Positions 21,818-24,579 of a stretch of DNA of 24,579 bases are shown here, in pieces. Origin of the DNA: Opitutales bacterium (GTDB lineage: Bacteria > Verrucomicrobiota > Verrucomicrobiia > Opitutales > Coraliomargaritaceae); NCBI GenBank assembly GCA_049598495.1, contig JBMYNR010000025.1, forward strand, positions 1-24,579. Reading direction: 5' to 3'. Each line of letters begins with the position of its first letter. Within the stretch, counting starts at the first letter, position 1. A model generated the notes under the pieces. The model saw only the letters and a program-made list of their open reading frames with translations. It did no database searches and was not told where the DNA came from. The position numbers and the translations under genes were made by a program.

Positions 21818-24364
21818 ATGCCCACAGAGTTACCCATATACGACGTCGCCGATGAACTCGTCGAAGGCCTCGCCGCAACAGGGCGTGTGGTGCTTTCAGC
21901 GCCGACGGGGTCGGGCAAATCGACACAGATACCGCAAATTCTTCTGGATCAGGCTGGAATCAAAGGGGAGATTGTGATTCTTCAGCCGCGTCGTCTTGCC
22001 GCCCGCCTGCTTGCAAAACATGTGGCTTTTGAGCGCGACGTCCGACTTGGAGAAGAGGTGGGCTACCAGATCCGTTTTGAGAATGTTGTCGGCCCGAAAA
22101 CGCGGATACGTTTTGTTACGGAGGCTATCCTGCTACGGCAGATATTGGAGGATTCCTCTTTGAAGGGGGTCGGCGCCATCGTCTTTGATGAGTTTCATGA
22201 GCGCCACCTAACCAGTGATCTCAGTTTGGCAGCGGCCTTTCAATCGGTGCAGACAGTGCGCCCCGATCTGAAGCTGATCGTCATGTCCGCCACTCTTGAT
22301 ATCGACGCACTTGAGGGTTTTCTCGCGCCCTGTTGTCGAATCGAGGCATCCGGACGGATGTATCCTGTCGAACTCAGCTATGCGGGTGCGGCCCTTGGGC
22401 GGCATGCGGCGCCCGTCTGGGAGCGTGCGGCTGCAGCTTTTAAGAAGATGGTCGCTTCCGCCCTTACCGGAGATGCCCTCGTCTTCATGCCCGGGGCCTT
22501 CGAGATACGGAAAACCATTGAAGCGATCGAGAGTCTTCCCGAAGCGAGGGGTATGGAGGTCCTGCCATTGCACGGCGAGCTTCCGCCCGAGGCGCAGGAT
22601 CGCGCCGTCACCCCCGGTGATACGAGGAAAGTGATTGTCGCTACGAATGTGGCTGAGACGTCCATCACAATTGAAGGGGTCCGTGCCGTGATCGACGGCG
22701 GTTTGGCCCGTATCGCTCGCTATGATCCGGGACGGGGGATCAACTCGGTTCTGATCGAGCCGATCAGTCGTGCTTCGGCCGAGCAGCGTGCAGGCCGAGC
22801 CGGACGGACGGGTCCGGGTGTTTGTGTGCGCCTCTGGAGTGCGGCCGAGCATGAGGGTCGCGCGGAGCGGGATGAGGCCGAGGTGAGACGTATGGATCTC
22901 TCTGAGACGGTCTTGATGTTGGCTGCGGCAGGGATTGAGCATCTGGATTCCTATCCTTGGTATGAAGCCCCCAAGTCAGAGGCCCTCACACGGGCAATCG
23001 ATCTTTTAAAGGATCTGGGTGCTCTCAACCATCAGGGGCAGATTACGGATCTCGGGCGCCGGATGGCGGGCTTCCCCTTGCACCCGCGCTATGCCCGACT
23101 GTTAATCGAGGCGGATCGGCTCGGTGTGATGGAGGACGCCGCCCTGATCGCGGCGCTCAGCCAAGGGCGATCCTTCTACCGTGTCTCGCGGGACGAGCGC
23201 ATTCGGCGAGAACAGATCCGGCAGATTGAGGAGCATGCTGATGCGCGCTCCGATTATTTTGTGCACCTGCGCGCCTGGTATTTGGCTCGCGAGGCTAAGT
23301 TTCATGCAAGTGCTTGCGCCGCGCTTGGGATCCACGGCGCAGCTGCCCGTCAGGCAGGAGTGGTTGCCAAGCAGATTCTCCAGCTGGCGAAGCGGGCAGG
23401 ACTCGATATTCGATCAGGTGCATTGCCGGATCACGAGACACGTATCTGCTCGGCGGTTCTGGTCGCCTTTTCCGATCATCTATCCCTTCGCAACGATACC
23501 GGCACCCGACGTTGCAAGATGGTGCACGGTCGTTCGGGTGAGCTTCGGCGGGAGAGTGTGGTCGAGAACCCGCTCTTCGTGGCGGCCGAAATAGAGGAGC
23601 GGGAACTGCGTGGCGATGTCTCTGTATTGCTCGGCCTGGCCACCGCGGTAGAGCCAAAGCAGCTCGAAGCGGTCTTTCCCGATGACTTTAATGAGTTTGC
23701 GGGCACCCATTACGACGCGACCGCACGAAGGGTGGTATGCCGCCGGGAGTATCGTTTCCGCGATCTAGTGCTGGCGTCCAAGGATCATGGGGAGCCCGAT
23801 TTGGACGAGGCGGCCGCGATCCTTGCTGTTGAGGTGATGTCTGGCTCGCTTAATTTGAATAATTGGGATGCTTCGGTCGAGAACTGGATCCATCGGGTAA
23901 ATTTCGTGGCTAGGAATTGCCCCGAGACAGAGATCCAGCCGATCGATGAGGAGGCCTGCCAATTATTGGTCGAACAGATCTGCCACGGCGCATTCAGCTA
24001 CAAAGAAATCAAAGACCGACCAGTGTTGAATACTTTTATGGAATGGATCAGCCCCGAGCAGCTATATTACATCGACGCCTATGCGCCCGCAGAGATTGAG
24101 TTGCCCCGTCGTAAGCGCCCCGCAAGAATCCGTTATGAAGCTGATGGTCGAGCTATCGTCGCATCCAAGCTACAGGATTTTTACGATGTGCCGGGGGATT
24201 CGCTCCGGATTGCCGATGGCAAGGTAGCACTCCTCGTCGAGCTACTCGCGCCCAACCAGCGCCCCGCCCATCTCACCGATGATCTTGAGGGCTTCTGGGG
24301 AGGTGCTTACCAGCACGTTCGCAAGGAGCTTGCCGGGCGCTATCCTAAGCACGAATGGCGCTAG
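21818..24364 (+). CDS. hrpB: ATP-dependent DEAH-box RNA helicase HrpB
   Basis: APTGSGKST, QPRRLAAR, DEFH, MSAT, ATNVAETSITI, QRAGRAGR, and the HrpB-specific C-terminus LLAPNQRP...FWGGAY..VRKELAGRYPKHEW. The start may be 21809 or 21818. Confidence 0.95.
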   Translation: MPTELPIYDVADELVEGLAATGRVVLSAPTGSGKSTQIPQILLDQAGIKGEIVILQPRRLAARLLAKHVAFERDVRLGEEVGYQIRFENVVGPKTRIRFVTEAILLRQILEDSSLKGVGAIVFDEFHERHLTSDLSLAAAFQSVQTVRPDLKLIVMSATLDIDALEGFLAPCCRIEASGRMYPVELSYAGAALGRHAAPVWERAAAAFKKMVASALTGDALVFMPGAFEIRKTIEAIESLPEARGMEVLPLHGELPPEAQDRAVTPGDTRKVIVATNVAETSITIEGVRAVIDGGLARIARYDPGRGINSVLIEPISRASAEQRAGRAGRTGPGVCVRLWSAAEHEGRAERDEAEVRRMDLSETVLMLAAAGIEHLDSYPWYEAPKSEALTRAIDLLKDLGALNHQGQITDLGRRMAGFPLHPRYARLLIEADRLGVMEDAALIAALSQGRSFYRVSRDERIRREQIRQIEEHADARSDYFVHLRAWYLAREAKFHASACAALGIHGAAARQAGVVAKQILQLAKRAGLDIRSGALPDHETRICSAVLVAFSDHLSLRNDTGTRRCKMVHGRSGELRRESVVENPLFVAAEIEERELRGDVSVLLGLATAVEPKQLEAVFPDDFNEFAGTHYDATARRVVCRREYRFRDLVLASKDHGEPDLDEAAAILAVEVMSGSLNLNNWDASVENWIHRVNFVARNCPETEIQPIDEEACQLLVEQICHGAFSYKEIKDRPVLNTFMEWISPEQLYYIDAYAPAEIELPRRKRPARIRYEADGRAIVASKLQDFYDVPGDSLRIADGKVALLVELLAPNQRPAHLTDDLEGFWGGAYQHVRKELAGRYPKHEWR

Positions 24365-24524
24365 ATTAGCTTTTCGGGTGCGGTCTTAAGGAGGAAATTA
24401 AGATACTCGACGGGCAGAAGAATCGTGACGAAATTGCCCGCAATGCAACGACTGACGATGTGCGTGAGGCCCGCATCGCCGCTGCTAGCTTTCGCGGCTC
24501 TCGAAACGGCTCTCACCAGAAGTT

Positions 24525-24579
24525 CTAGCCCGAATATTGCACCAGTTTGTTGCTGTCGTTCTTTATCTTGTTACGGGAT
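24525..24579. repeat. Possible terminus of an IS/MITE running off the right edge
   Basis: CTAGCCCGAATATTGCA at 24525-24541 is 15/17 identical to the reverse complement of 66-82. Confidence 0.35.

Noticed and set aside
24385..24410. Perfect AAGGAGG Shine-Dalgarno-like sequence after hrpB
   Set aside because: No suitably spaced start codon or ORF follows; it lies in a small tcttaa/ttaaga hairpin.

Overview
A bacterial chromosomal segment of mostly housekeeping genes. Protein styles (long GreA, HU-like protein, HisRS subtype, PPi-type PEPCK) suggest a PVC-superphylum organism, probably Verrucomicrobiota (inference only). Genes in order: PPi-type PEP carboxykinase (-), UbiE/MenG methyltransferase (-), an atypical ClpX-like AAA+ ATPase (-), HU/IHF-family protein (+), hisS (+), class I fumarate hydratase (+), a three-gene putative metal module (+), rsmB (-), a 619-aa GreA-domain protein (+) with an intrinsic terminator, a CPWC glutaredoxin (-), uvrA (+), an AEC-family transporter (-), ilvA (-) and hrpB (+). 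The best candidate for an undescribed system is 9900-11633: a Cys/His-rich leader ORF with CxxC and a C-terminal RAAPP motif, two hairpins, an exported HMA-domain protein and a small outer-membrane beta-barrel. This resembles CruR/CutF-type metal-sensing ribosome-arrest control. Also notable: a ClpX paralog lacking the Zn-binding domain and RKH loop but apparently carrying a duplicated AAA+ small domain; a Tudor-like N-terminus on the long GreA; several families of GTAG/GGAG-footed REP-like palindromes in intergenic regions; and a shared 17-nt motif pointing outward at both ends of the window. No rRNA, tRNA, CRISPR array or transposase was recognised. All calls come from reading the sequence; no searches were run.
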